In this document: piece by piece, positions 39,755-51,516 of the stretch
Numbering within the stretch: position 1 is the stretch's first letter
Layout of the letters: the number at the start of each line of letters is the position of its first letter
Assembly (NCBI GenBank): GCA_964291265.2
Contig: OZ219747.1
Location: forward strand, 736,001-800,000
Source of the DNA: Alphaproteobacteria bacterium
GTDB taxonomy: Bacteria > Pseudomonadota > Alphaproteobacteria > SP197
Direction: 5' to 3'
Length of the DNA: 64,000 nucleotides
Translations under genes and position numbers: made by a program
The notes under the pieces: generated by a model
What the model was told of the DNA's origin: nothing
The model's input: only the letters and a program-made list of their open reading frames with translations
The model's database searches: none

Positions 39755-41515
39755 TCACTCGATCGATGGCCGCGACCCCGAAGTCCCCTCCTCGGGGCGC
39801 TCGACACGCACGGTCAGGACGTCGGCGTTGGTGAAGCTCTGGTGGTGGACCGACGAGGTGTAGTGCCGCAGCAGCCTGAGCGACAGCTCCCTTTCGATCA
39901 TGGTCCGGTCAGGCTGCTCGCCGAGCACCATGATCTGGTCCTCGATGTTGCCCTCGCTTCCCGACGTGACGAATTCAAGCTCGATGGAGGAGCCCTCGCC
40001 GCGCGCCTTGACCACAAGACGCCTGGCCTCGCTGCCATCGTCGGCTGCGATCAGTGTCGCAGCCATCTCGTCGCCGACAAGGATGAGGCGATCTGTCTGG
40101 ACCTCCGTCCAGCCGTGTGCCGCGGCGGTCTTCTTGAGGAAGCCGGAAATCTCCTGGAGCGTACCGGTTTCCAGTGTCGTCTTCAGGACCGCGCTCCTCG
40201 GCGACATCAGGTTGAGACAGACCGTCAGCACGACGGCCGTGACACCGCCTGCCGTCATGCCGTTGCCGACGAGACTGCCCACCCAGGGGCCCAGCAGGTC
40301 CGGAAAGATGGCGCCGTGCTGAAAACCGGCACCGATCCAGAAGGCCGTGCCGACCATCAGGCTCTTGCGATAGTCCATGCCGTCGCCGATCACGAGGCGC
40401 ATGCCGGCGACAAAGAGGAGGCCGAGAAGGACAACCAGGTAGGCGGCCGCCACCGCCGCCGGAATCGCCAGCACGAGAGCCGCGAACTTCGGCACGAAGG
40501 CGGCGGCGAGGAGAACCAGGCCGACACAGACCCCGACCCTTCGTGAAGCGATACCGGTCAGTTCGACGACCGCAATGCTCGTCGAATAGGTCGTGTTGGG
40601 AATCGTCCCGGCGAGTCCCGAAAGAAAGTTCCCCACACCGTCGGCCGAAACCGCGCCCTGAACCACCCTGTAGTCGATGGCTCGACGGTTCTTCCACGAA
40701 ACCGACTGGATGGCCACGGCATCGCCCACGGTCTCGATGGCCCCGACGTAGGTCACGAATATGAAGGCCGGCAGCAAGATCCAGAATGTCGGTCCAAAAT
40801 CGAGATCGAACCCCGGCCAGCCACCGTCCGGAATGCCGATCCAGCCGGCCGCGGCAACCCGGGACGTGTCGTAGAGACCGAACCACGCAGCGGCGAGACA
40901 ACCGATGACAATGCCGATGATGGGCGCCCACAGGCGCAGGGTGGACCGCGAGCCAAAGGCTATCGCAAGGATGACGACGAGCGTCGTGCCGGCAACGAGC
41001 GGGGACGCGTGTGGCTCCGCGCCGTCGGGAACATTCGCCAGCATGTCGAACACGATGGGCATGACGGTCACCGGAATCATCATGATGACGGTCCCGGTCA
41101 CAGCCGGTGTCAGGATTCGCCGCAGGATCGACAGACGCCTAGCCAGCGTGAACTGGACCAGGGATGACAGAAAGACGAGTGTCGCCAGCATGCCCGGTCC
41201 GCCTTCGGCCAGAGCGGTGACACACACGGCGATGAAGGCGCCGGACGTCCCCATGATGAGAATGTAGCCAGCGCCGAACGGCCCGATCCTGCGGGCCTGG
41301 AGAATGGTCGTCAGACCGCTCACGACGAGGGCGGCAAAGGCAGCCCAGACAAGAAAGACCTCGCTGCCCCCTCCAGCCCTGACCACGATTGCCGGCGTCA
41401 GGACGATGCCGGTGACCACGAGGATCGCGAACTGGGTTCCAAGGCCGATGGTCAGAAGGAGCGGAGGCCTGTCATCGGGCTCGTAACGAACCTGGGTGTC
41501 ACGGGTTTTGCCCAT
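39755..41515 (-). CDS. NCS2 (xanthine/uracil) family permease with a C-terminal soluble extension
   Basis: IMGTSGAF, IETVGD, PNTTYS..ELTG..SRRVG; about 130-aa hydrophilic tail. Confidence 0.85.
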   Translation of the reverse strand: MGKTRDTQVRYEPDDRPPLLLTIGLGTQFAILVVTGIVLTPAIVVRAGGGSEVFLVWAAFAALVVSGLTTILQARRIGPFGAGYILIMGTSGAFIAVCVTALAEGGPGMLATLVFLSSLVQFTLARRLSILRRILTPAVTGTVIMMIPVTVMPIVFDMLANVPDGAEPHASPLVAGTTLVVILAIAFGSRSTLRLWAPIIGIVIGCLAAAWFGLYDTSRVAAAGWIGIPDGGWPGFDLDFGPTFWILLPAFIFVTYVGAIETVGDAVAIQSVSWKNRRAIDYRVVQGAVSADGVGNFLSGLAGTIPNTTYSTSIAVVELTGIASRRVGVCVGLVLLAAAFVPKFAALVLAIPAAVAAAYLVVLLGLLFVAGMRLVIGDGMDYRKSLMVGTAFWIGAGFQHGAIFPDLLGPWVGSLVGNGMTAGGVTAVVLTVCLNLMSPRSAVLKTTLETGTLQEISGFLKKTAAAHGWTEVQTDRLILVGDEMAATLIAADDGSEARRLVVKARGEGSSIELEFVTSGSEGNIEDQIMVLGEQPDRTMIERELSLRLLRHYTSSVHHQSFTNADVLTVRVERPEEGTSGSRPSIE

Positions 41516-41516
41516 G

Positions 41517-42590
41517 TCACACGCCGCGTCCCAGCTTGCGCAGGGCAAGACCCGCGGCCAGGTAGACAATGACGTAGACGATGACCCTGTAGACGGCGGC
41601 CGAGCCTGGCGGGATGCAGATGAAGCTGAAACCCGTCACACCGCGCCGGCCGATCTCGTGGGCAATGCGAATGACCTCGTAGTCGGTCATGGCGATGGGT
41701 TCCACCAGTTCGCCGAGGATGTCCCCGGGCGCCGGGCCGGCGCCACCCATGACGTCCATGTCGAAATGGGCATAGACGCCCCGGGTGCCGTCCCAGGCGC
41801 GGCCGAGGTCGCGGACGCATCCCTCGATCCCGAGGCTCGTGCGCAGTTCCCACGACGAGATGAAGCGGGCGCCGTCATCGAGATAGCGGCGAACGACCTT
41901 GCTTGTCTCCAGCATCCCGCGCTCGCCGATCTCGACAAGATTGCGGGGATGCATGTTGTCGAGAAACTCGTACATCTTGTGCTTCCACGACGCAGCGCCT
42001 GCAATCCGCGGATCACCGGTCAGATAATCGACCGGCTGGGCATCCCAGTGCGTATCGAGACTGACACAACCCACCGCACCTTGTGTATGCTCGGCGCAGG
42101 CCTTGGCGATGGCAAAGCTGCCGCAGGGGCTGTTCTGCCCGATCACCACCGGAACCGCCCCGGCTCGCAAGGCGTCCCGGCACTTCGCCTCCACGACCTC
42201 CTGGGCGGCGAGGATGCGCTCCGGCGTCTGGTTCTCCATGACGTCTGGGGGAATGTCCGCATCACCGTAGTCGACCATGGTGATGTGATCGAAGAGTTCC
42301 AGGTCGAAATCCTGGACATAGCCACCCGGGTAGCGGGCGGACTGCTGCCGGACCCGCTTGGGCGCCTCGATCCATTCCTCCATGGCGACACCGGCATACT
42401 TGCCATCCTCGGCAGCGACATAGGGCGCACCGATGATGACCACATCGGCACCCTTGAGATCGTCCGGCGTCCTCGCGACGGGACGCGACATGAACGAGGG
42501 TGTCTCCGGTGCAACAAGCGGGAACTCTCGCCTGCCGGCGAAACTTGTCGCCATGAAGGTCTCCCAGTCCGGATAGTCAGTGTTGCTCAT
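41517..42590 (-). CDS. Arginase/agmatinase (ureohydrolase) family protein
   Basis: VDYGDA, LDTHWD, VEIGER, HFDMDV. Confidence 0.85.
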   Translation of the reverse strand: MSNTDYPDWETFMATSFAGRREFPLVAPETPSFMSRPVARTPDDLKGADVVIIGAPYVAAEDGKYAGVAMEEWIEAPKRVRQQSARYPGGYVQDFDLELFDHITMVDYGDADIPPDVMENQTPERILAAQEVVEAKCRDALRAGAVPVVIGQNSPCGSFAIAKACAEHTQGAVGCVSLDTHWDAQPVDYLTGDPRIAGAASWKHKMYEFLDNMHPRNLVEIGERGMLETSKVVRRYLDDGARFISSWELRTSLGIEGCVRDLGRAWDGTRGVYAHFDMDVMGGAGPAPGDILGELVEPIAMTDYEVIRIAHEIGRRGVTGFSFICIPPGSAAVYRVIVYVIVYLAAGLALRKLGRGV

Positions 42591-42732
42591 CGAGTGTCAT
42601 CCCCGTTGCACCGTCCGCCGCCAGCGTCGTGGTCCGCACAGACAAATGCAAGATGGCAGACACGAAATACCGGGCTTGTCCTGTTGACGCACTTCATGGC
42701 ATGTCCCTGGCGAGATAGGGGCTCTGGAAACG

Positions 42733-43923
42733 ATGCCGGGTGCATTGCACGGGGTGCGCATCATTGATCTGACCGGCATGGTGTCGGGACCTTCCGCCAC
42801 CATGCTGCTCGCCGATCAGGGCGCCGATGTCGTCAAGGTCGAGAACCCCGCTCGCGGTGGAGATACCACGCGCGGCGTGTCGGTCAATGAACACGGACTC
42901 GCATCGTCCTACCTCAACAACAACCGCAACAAGCGATCCATCGCCATCGATCTCAAGCACTCCCGCGGCATCGAGGTGCTGATGCGCCTTGTCGCGGGCA
43001 GCGATGTCCTGGTCCAGAACTTCCGGCCCGGCGTTGCCGAACGCATCGGGATCGGCGATGACGACGTGAGGAAACACGCTCCGACCATCATTCACGTGTC
43101 GATTTCGGGATTCGGCCCGACCGGTCCCTATGCGGCAAAGCCGGTCTATGACCCCCTCGTGCAGGCCCTTTCCGGACTGACAACCGTGCAGGCGGGATCG
43201 GACGAGGCGCGGCCGCGCCTCGTGAGAACCATCATCCCTGACAAGCTCACCGGCATCGTCGCCGCCCAGGCGATCACGGCGGCACTCTTCAACCGGGAGA
43301 GAACCGGAGAGGGCCAGGCGATCCACGTCTCCATGCTCGATTCGGTCATCGCCTTCCTGTGGGGATCGGACATGGAATCCCAGACCATGGTCGATCACGG
43401 GATCCGCCAGCAACATGCCCAGAGCTTCATCGATCTCATCTACGAGACGCGCGACGGCTACATTTCGGTGGCCGTCCAGCAGGACAAGGAATGGGAAGCT
43501 CTCACGCGCGCCCTGAAGAAGCCCGAGTGGCTCAGCGACGAGCGCTTTCGCACTCCGGCCGGTCGCCAGCGTCACATCGACGCAAGGCTTGCGCTGACCC
43601 AGGAGGTCCTGCGAACGGCCACCAGCGCCGAATGGCTGGAACGGCTCGAGGCCGAGGACGTCCCCTGCGCCCCCGTGCTCAACCGCAACGACATGATCCG
43701 TCACCCGCAGGTCTCCGCCAACGGTATCGTCACCGAACATGATCATCCTCTCGTCGGCAGGATACGCCAAGCGCGTCCTGCCGCGCGGTTCTCGAAGACC
43801 GATTTCGAGTTGCGCGAATCCGGTGCACAGCTCGGCGAGAACACGGACGAGATCCTGAAGGAGGCCGGCTACGACTCCGGCACCATCGCCACACTGCGCC
43901 GCAGCGGGATTTTCGAGACCTGA
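42733..43923 (+). CDS. CoA-transferase family III (CaiB/BaiF)
   Basis: LADQGADVVKVE, NRNKRSI, DVLVQNFRPG, ISGFG. Confidence 0.93.
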   Translation: MPGALHGVRIIDLTGMVSGPSATMLLADQGADVVKVENPARGGDTTRGVSVNEHGLASSYLNNNRNKRSIAIDLKHSRGIEVLMRLVAGSDVLVQNFRPGVAERIGIGDDDVRKHAPTIIHVSISGFGPTGPYAAKPVYDPLVQALSGLTTVQAGSDEARPRLVRTIIPDKLTGIVAAQAITAALFNRERTGEGQAIHVSMLDSVIAFLWGSDMESQTMVDHGIRQQHAQSFIDLIYETRDGYISVAVQQDKEWEALTRALKKPEWLSDERFRTPAGRQRHIDARLALTQEVLRTATSAEWLERLEAEDVPCAPVLNRNDMIRHPQVSANGIVTEHDHPLVGRIRQARPAARFSKTDFELRESGAQLGENTDEILKEAGYDSGTIATLRRSGIFET

Positions 43924-43926
43924 TCG

Positions 43927-44631
43927 ATGATCGAATTCTACTATTGGCCGACGCCCAACGGCTGGAAGGTCGCCATCCTTCTCGAGGAACTCGGCGTGGA
44001 CTACACGCTGATCCCTGTTGATATTTCAAGGGGCGAACAGTTCGCCCCCGACTTCCTCGAGACGAGCCCGAACAACCGCATTCCCGCCATCGTCGACCAC
44101 GATCATCCAGGAGGGCCGCTCCCTGTCTTTGAATCGGGCGCCATCATGCTCCATCTCGCCCGCAGGCACAGGCGCTTTGTGCCCAGCGACCCTGTCGGCC
44201 AGAAGGAGACTCTTGAGTGGCTGTTCTGGCAGGTTGGCAACCAGGGACCAATGGCAGGTCAGCTTTCGCACTTCGTCAACTACGCGCCTGATGATCAGCC
44301 CTATGCCCGCGAACGCTACGCGCGGGAGTACGACCGATGCCTGGGCGTTCTGGAACGCCGTCTTGCCGGGCGCACTTGGCTGGTCGGGGACTCCTATTCC
44401 ATCGCCGACATGATCTGCTGGCCATGGGTTCTGATTGCAAGACCGCTCACGGCAAGCCTTGACGAGGTCCCGAACGTTCGGGAATGGCGCCAGCGGATCA
44501 AGGAACGCCCGGCGGTGCAGCGGGCGGTCGATCTCGGCAAGGAGTTCCGGCGTTCCGTCGCCCCGTCGAAGGAGGAGCACGACATTCTCTTCAACCAGAC
44601 CGCCGCCACGGCCGATCACTGGCGGGCGTGA
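43927..44631 (+). CDS. Glutathione S-transferase (YfcG/nu-class-like)
   Basis: [29 protein letters not shown]. Confidence 0.92.
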   Translation: MIEFYYWPTPNGWKVAILLEELGVDYTLIPVDISRGEQFAPDFLETSPNNRIPAIVDHDHPGGPLPVFESGAIMLHLARRHRRFVPSDPVGQKETLEWLFWQVGNQGPMAGQLSHFVNYAPDDQPYARERYAREYDRCLGVLERRLAGRTWLVGDSYSIADMICWPWVLIARPLTASLDEVPNVREWRQRIKERPAVQRAVDLGKEFRRSVAPSKEEHDILFNQTAATADHWRA

Positions 44632-46182
44632 TCAGTGGCGGAAGTGGCGGACGCCCGTCATCACCATGGCCATGTCGTGTGCATCAGCAGCGGCAATCAC
44701 CTCCTCGTCCCGCACGCTGCCGCCCGGCTGAATGACGGCAGTCGCCCCGCCTTCGGCGGCTTCGAGCAGGCCGTCGGCAAAGGGAAAGAAGGCATCCGAA
44801 GCGACCACCGATCCGGAGATCGAAAGGCCGGCGCGGCCGGCCTTCTGTCGGGCGATCATGGCGCTGTCGACACGACTCATCTGTCCCGCTCCGATTCCGA
44901 GGGTCTGTCCGTTCCGGGCATAGACGATGGCATTGGAACGCACGTGCTTGACGACACGAAAGGCAAACAGCATGTCGTCGAGTTCACCGGGGTCCGGCTG
45001 ACGCCTCGTCACGACCCTCATGTCGCCGGCTGTCAGGCAGCGCCGATCGGGGATCTGTGCCAGAAACCCCGATCCTGCAGACCGGATCATCAGGGATCCC
45101 TCTCCTGATCGCGGATCACTGGCAAGAAGCAGTCTCGGGCTCCTTCTCTTCTCCAGGACGTCACGCGCCGCACGGCTGGCGCCGGGAGCAATGACCACTT
45201 CCGTGAAGATCCCGGTGATGGCCTCCGCCGTCTCGCGGTCAAGGGACCGGTTGGTCGCAACCACGCCGCCGAATGCGCTCAACCGATCACAGGCAAGCGT
45301 TCTCCGGTAGGCATCGACCAGAGAATCCCCGATCGCCACACCGCAGGGATTGGTGTGCTTGACGATCACGACGGCAGGTCTTTCACGGTCGAATTCCGCA
45401 ATGGCCTCGAGGGCGGCATCGGCGTCGTTGAGGTTGTTGTAGGACAGGTCCCTGGCGCCATCCTGACGCAGAGGCGTCACCCCCGGATCACTGCTCCCGA
45501 CATGGTAGAAAGCGGCGGATTGATGAGGGTTTTCTCCGTAGCGCAAGCGGCGCTCGAGCCTGCCCGAGACGGTGAGCCGGCGGGGAAAGGTCTCCTTCGT
45601 CTCTCCCAGGAACCGAGTCGCCACGGCCGCATCGTAGGCAGCCGTCATCTGGTAGGCGATGCCGGCCATCCGCAGGCGAAAGGCGTCGGAGGTCGTACCT
45701 TCGCGTTGTTCCATCTCGCCAACCAGGACGGGGTAGTCTTCGGGATCGGTCACCACGGTGACGAAGGCATGGTTCTTGGCAGCCGCCCGGACAAGCGCCA
45801 CTCCGCCGATGTCGATGGCCTCGATCGTCCCCGTCCAGTCGGCGCCCCTTGCGACCACATCCTCGAAGGCATAGAGATTGACCACCACGAGATCGATGCT
45901 CCCGATGTCGTGTTCGGACATCTCCTGGACGTGATTCGCGGCGTCGCGGCATCCCAGGATTCCCCCGTGAATGGCCGGATGGAGTGTTTTCACGCGACCG
46001 TCCAGGATCTCGGGAAACCCTGTGACCTGGCTGACGGGGGTAACCGGCAGGCCCGCAGCGGCGAGGGCCGCGGAGGTGCCACCCGTTGATATCAGTTCAA
46101 CGCCTCGGGAATCGAGAAATCGGGCTAGATCAACGAGACCGGTCTTGTCCGTGACGGAGAGAAGCGCTCGCCTGATGATCAT
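44632..46182 (-). CDS. purH: Bifunctional AICAR transformylase / IMP cyclohydrolase
   Basis: [49 protein letters not shown]. Confidence 0.97.
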   Translation of the reverse strand: MIIRRALLSVTDKTGLVDLARFLDSRGVELISTGGTSAALAAAGLPVTPVSQVTGFPEILDGRVKTLHPAIHGGILGCRDAANHVQEMSEHDIGSIDLVVVNLYAFEDVVARGADWTGTIEAIDIGGVALVRAAAKNHAFVTVVTDPEDYPVLVGEMEQREGTTSDAFRLRMAGIAYQMTAAYDAAVATRFLGETKETFPRRLTVSGRLERRLRYGENPHQSAAFYHVGSSDPGVTPLRQDGARDLSYNNLNDADAALEAIAEFDRERPAVVIVKHTNPCGVAIGDSLVDAYRRTLACDRLSAFGGVVATNRSLDRETAEAITGIFTEVVIAPGASRAARDVLEKRRSPRLLLASDPRSGEGSLMIRSAGSGFLAQIPDRRCLTAGDMRVVTRRQPDPGELDDMLFAFRVVKHVRSNAIVYARNGQTLGIGAGQMSRVDSAMIARQKAGRAGLSISGSVVASDAFFPFADGLLEAAEGGATAVIQPGGSVRDEEVIAAADAHDMAMVMTGVRHFRH

Positions 46183-46189
46183 CCCGGGA

Positions 46190-47461
<1,272 letters not shown>

Positions 47462-48039
47462 GGCTGCAAACCCGGTCTGCACATCTTCATTGCCCGTCAA
47501 GGTCATGATGAACCTGCTGAATAGCGATGGGAGAGAACGAAACGACGCTTTTTCTGTCACGTCTGGAAAGGTGTCAAACGGCGTCCCGCAAGAGCGGGTG
47601 ATTCGACAGGACCGGTGAATCACGAAGAACGAAGGCGACCCTAGTGCAGGTTGTCCGGGCATGTCAAACCCGTTTGGCCGATCGACTCATGCATTCCGAC
47701 CTCGACCCGATGTCAGGGGAGACGATTGCTGCGTGCTGCGCCGTCGATGTCGCAGACATGGTGGAGGCCTGTTCCCGGATGGACGGTCCCGCCGGTCCGG
47801 TTGAGTTCGTTGTCGATCGGCGCCAGCAGTGCTCTTGATCGTTGCGTTGCCGGCCGGACCGAGGATGCTGATCCTGATGATGTCGCTCCTGTGGTTCGGA
47901 TCGGTGCTGGCGTCGGCGGTCATCGGTGGCGGCGATGAGCCTGTCACCGGATCACGGAGCCATCATGCGGACGAGATCGACGAGGAGGCGCCTCAGCCCA
48001 TGGCAGGGTGTCGGGCTTGTCGCGGTCGGCAAGCTCGCC

Positions 48040-48320
48040 GACACGGACATGGCTGGCGTAGCGACGCTCCATACCTGGAACCAGAAGATGGAGTGGCATC
48101 CCCACCTCCACTGCCTCGTTCCCAACGGCGGCTTCGATATCAACTCCGGAGCGTGGAAGGCGGGGTCCTCCCACTTCTTCGCACCAGTCCGCGTCCTCGC
48201 ATGCTTCTTCCGCAACCGCTTCCTCGAAGAACTGGCCAAGGCCAAGCTCACCTTCCACGGCTCCATCGCCCACCTCGCCGACCGCAAGGCCTTCGAGAAG
48301 GTGCTGCAGGAAGCACGCAC
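48040..48320 (+). pseudogene. IS91-family (HUH) transposase fragment
   Basis: LHTWNQKMEWHPHLHCLVPNGG. Confidence 0.75.
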
Positions 48321-48329
48321 GATCGCTGG

Positions 48330-48507
48330 CACACCGCACCATGCTCCACGCAAGAGCATGGTGCTGGGGCTCAAACTACCTCACCACCATGGACGCACTC
48401 GGCTACAACCCTCTCGTCGCCATCCACATCGCCCTCGACGGAAAGGCCGTAGACATCCTCAACGAGCACTACGGACAACCAGACCCCAACAAGTGGTGAG
48501 TAGTTAC
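48330..48507 (+). mobile_element. Right-end remnant of the methyltransferase-carrying IS66
   Basis: Near-identical to the reverse complement of about 27542-27720, ending GGTGAGTAGTTAC. Confidence 0.88.
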
Positions 48508-48586
48508 ATCGTCTCACTGACGTTGGACGAGGTCAGGATGTCTGGAACTTGGCTCATCTGTTCACTATCGGCTTCATTCAAGGAAT

Positions 48587-49036
48587 CTAGAACGGCCTGA
48601 CGATAACCATGATGACGATGATGATCAGCAGAACTGTCGGCGCCTCGTTGATCAGCCGATAGAAGCGGCTGGAATGGCGGTTGCGATCCTCGCCAAAGGC
48701 CCGCCACAACGCCACGAACCACCCGTGTACGGCAGACATGGCGATGAAGGCAGCAGCCTTCACGAGCCACCAGCCCTCGCTCCACAGCGCCCAGCCTGCA
48801 TCGAGCATCAGCAGGATGCCGAAGGCGAAGGCGGCCAACATCGCCGGATTGATGATTCCCTTGAGCAGGCGGCGTTCCATGACCTTGAAGGTCTCGGACT
48901 GGCGTGAACCGGGCTCGCAGTCGACATGATAGACGAAGAGCCTGGGGAGATAGAGCATGCCGGCCATCCAGGCGATCACCGCAAGGAAGTGGAAGGCCTT
49001 GACGACGTCATGCCAGGCGCCGAGGAACCCGTCCAT
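48587..49036 (-). CDS. hemJ: Protoporphyrinogen oxidase HemJ
   Basis: KAFH..AVIAWMAGMLYLPRLFVYH, MERRL, NEAPT. Confidence 0.95.
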   Translation of the reverse strand: MDGFLGAWHDVVKAFHFLAVIAWMAGMLYLPRLFVYHVDCEPGSRQSETFKVMERRLLKGIINPAMLAAFAFGILLMLDAGWALWSEGWWLVKAAAFIAMSAVHGWFVALWRAFGEDRNRHSSRFYRLINEAPTVLLIIIVIMVIVRPF

Positions 49037-49037
49037 A

Positions 49038-50069
49038 TCACGCTGTCCTCAAGGGGCACCTGGTGAACGACGCCGGACAGATCCTGCCGCCATGTTCGGA
49101 CGCCGGTTCCGGCCTGTCATCCTCGAGAACGGACCTGACGAGCACCGCCAGACCGTCGATGAAGGCGTCGTCGCACGACACGGCCGGTACGCGCCTGTAG
49201 AACGGACATCCCGCCTCCCGAGCCCGTCGGCGATACTCGATGTCGAGCTCGACAAGGGTCTCGCTGTGCTCACTCACAAAGGCGACTGGCACGACAATGA
49301 CACCGGTTCCGGACCTGCCGGCCCGCTCGATTTCCTCCTCCGTCGACGGGCCGATCCACTCGAACGGTCCGACGCGCGACTGATAGCACACCGTCCAGTC
49401 GAGACCGCTGCGTGCGATGTCATCGACAATGGCCTCCGCCGTCTGCTCGACCTGCCACTGGTAGGGGTCGCCGCGTCGGATGATCTTCTTCGGCAGACCG
49501 TGAGCCGAAAACAGGACCCTTGACGACTGTCCCGCGGTATCGTCGAGGGCGCTCTTCACAGCCGCTGCATAACTGCCGACAAGGCCGGAAGAACGCGGCC
49601 AGCAACATACGGTCCTGGTTGTCACCTCACCGCCGTGACGCTTCCAGAACCGTGTCCACTCCTTCATCGACGATGCCGTCGTCGTCGTCGAGAACTGGGG
49701 ATAGAGCGGAAGCAGCACAATCCTCCGCGGCGCGAACTCGGCCACCTCGAGTGCCGCATCCTCGCTCATCGGATGCCAGTAGCGCATGGCAATGAAAACC
49801 CTGATCGCGTCATCGTCCAGGGTCGCCTCGAGCGCCCGAGCCTGCCGGCGCGTGTTCTCGAGGAGTGGTGAACAGCCGCCGATCTCTTCATAGATCCTCT
49901 TCGCTTCACGCTCGCGGCGGCGCGAAATCACCGACGCAAGAACGGGACGCAGCGGCCAGGGAATGGAGATGATGGCCGGATCATTGAAGAGGTTGTTGAG
50001 GAAGGGCTGCACGGCCGCCGGAGAATCGGGACCACCCAGGTTGAAGAGCACGACCGCCGTTCTGTCCAT
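49038..50069 (-). CDS. hemH: Ferrochelatase
   Basis: LFNLGGP, AMRYWHP, LPLYPQFS, FSAHGLP, YQSRVGP, FVSEHSETL. Confidence 0.96.
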   Translation of the reverse strand: MDRTAVVLFNLGGPDSPAAVQPFLNNLFNDPAIISIPWPLRPVLASVISRRREREAKRIYEEIGGCSPLLENTRRQARALEATLDDDAIRVFIAMRYWHPMSEDAALEVAEFAPRRIVLLPLYPQFSTTTTASSMKEWTRFWKRHGGEVTTRTVCCWPRSSGLVGSYAAAVKSALDDTAGQSSRVLFSAHGLPKKIIRRGDPYQWQVEQTAEAIVDDIARSGLDWTVCYQSRVGPFEWIGPSTEEEIERAGRSGTGVIVVPVAFVSEHSETLVELDIEYRRRAREAGCPFYRRVPAVSCDDAFIDGLAVLVRSVLEDDRPEPASEHGGRICPASFTRCPLRTA

Positions 50070-50073
50070 GGAC

Positions 50074-51117
50074 CTACGCTCCGCAGGCACGCACGGTATC
50101 CACCAGGTCCGCGACATGCGACGGTGGCGTTTCCTTGAGGATTCCGTGCCCGAGATTGAAGATGTGACTCTTGCCGGAAAGTCCCGTCACGATGGATCGT
50201 GCCCGGCGCTTCATCACGTGACCGCCGACGAGCAGAACTTCCGGATCGAGATTGCCCTGAACCGGACAGATCGATTGAAGGGCCTTCATGGCTCCAAGAG
50301 GCACGTCCTGATCAACCTGCAGGGCCTGGATACCTGTCTCGCGGGCAAACTCCTCGTAGCGTGCGCCCGCTCCGCGTGGAAAGCCGATCACGGGGATCCG
50401 GGGATGCGCCTCGCTCACACGGGCGACGATGCGTCGCGTCGGGCCGATGCACCACCGGTCAAAGCCTGCGCTGTCGTCAACGAGACCGGCCCAGCTGTCG
50501 AAGATCTGAACGGCATCGGCGCCAGCATCGATCTGGGTCAGCAACAGTTCGCTGACGGCATCGACGAGTCGCGCCACGAGACGGTCAACCAGGTTCGGAT
50601 CGTCCTTCATCAGCCGCTTCGTTGCGGGGAACTCTCCGCCTGATCCGTCGATCATGTAGGCAGCGATCGTGATCGCACCGCCGGCAAATCCTATGAGAGC
50701 GGTCCGCTCGTCGAGTTCCCGCCTCACCAGGCGCAGGGTATCCATGAGAGGACGGTTGTTTTCGACGGCGCCTTCCGGATCGAGGGCCTCGATATCGGCC
50801 TGGCATCGAAGAGGCTTGAGGCATGGACCTTCGCCCTCGAGGAAACGCACCGCACGACCCATGCCATGGGGAACGATGAGGATGTCGGAAAAGACAATGG
50901 CCGCATCGACGGCGAAACGGTCGACCGGCTGCAGCGTGATCCTCGCGGCAAGTTCCGGAGTGTTGCACAGGGAAAGGAAGTCGGCACTGTCCCGGCGCAG
51001 TTCCCTGTACTCCGGAAGATACCGTCCGGCCTGGCGCAGGAACCAGACGGGGGGCGGGCTGTGCGCGGATCCCTGGAGGACGGCAACCAGGGGTTTCTTG
51101 ACGGAGGGAAGGGACAT
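50074..51117 (-). CDS. hemE: Uroporphyrinogen decarboxylase (start uncertain, 51117-51144)
   Basis: PVWFLRQAGRYLPEY, FSDIL, QIFDSW, QGNLDP, FNLGHG. Confidence 0.96.
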   Translation of the reverse strand: MSLPSVKKPLVAVLQGSAHSPPPVWFLRQAGRYLPEYRELRRDSADFLSLCNTPELAARITLQPVDRFAVDAAIVFSDILIVPHGMGRAVRFLEGEGPCLKPLRCQADIEALDPEGAVENNRPLMDTLRLVRRELDERTALIGFAGGAITIAAYMIDGSGGEFPATKRLMKDDPNLVDRLVARLVDAVSELLLTQIDAGADAVQIFDSWAGLVDDSAGFDRWCIGPTRRIVARVSEAHPRIPVIGFPRGAGARYEEFARETGIQALQVDQDVPLGAMKALQSICPVQGNLDPEVLLVGGHVMKRRARSIVTGLSGKSHIFNLGHGILKETPPSHVADLVDTVRACGA

Positions 51118-51144
51118 GACCGGCATGATCCGCCGAATGGGCAC

Positions 51145-51516
51145 CGCAATGCCACATCAAAAGATTCAATTAATGTTACATGTAGTAGTGATGAACCCTG
51201 TGCATCATGTGGACGCAAGACTGTCATGCTGTCTGTGAACAGCCCCTGCTGTCAGGGACGTTGCGATTCAGGCGCCTGTGCATGGTTGGACGGGAATCGC
51301 CGGAGTGCCGCCGGTGGGTCTGAAACGGACGATGTGGACTGGTTGGCGGATGAGTGTGGATTTCTGCCTTGCGTGCACGATATCCACGATGCACACGGTT
51401 GCGTTTGTCCCCGGGCAAGAATGGTCTGACGCTTGTTGATCAGGAGTGTGATAGTCTGCGCCGGCCATTCCGGGAGCCGGTCGTACACAGGCGATCAGCC
51501 ATTCTTCCCCATATCC
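51145..51516. other. Probable chromosomal replication origin (oriC)
   Basis: Lies between divergent hemE and DUF299 genes; AT-rich stretch about 51158-51192; several degenerate DnaA boxes (TGTGCATCA, TGTGGATTT, ATATCCACG); GANTC sites. Confidence 0.7.
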
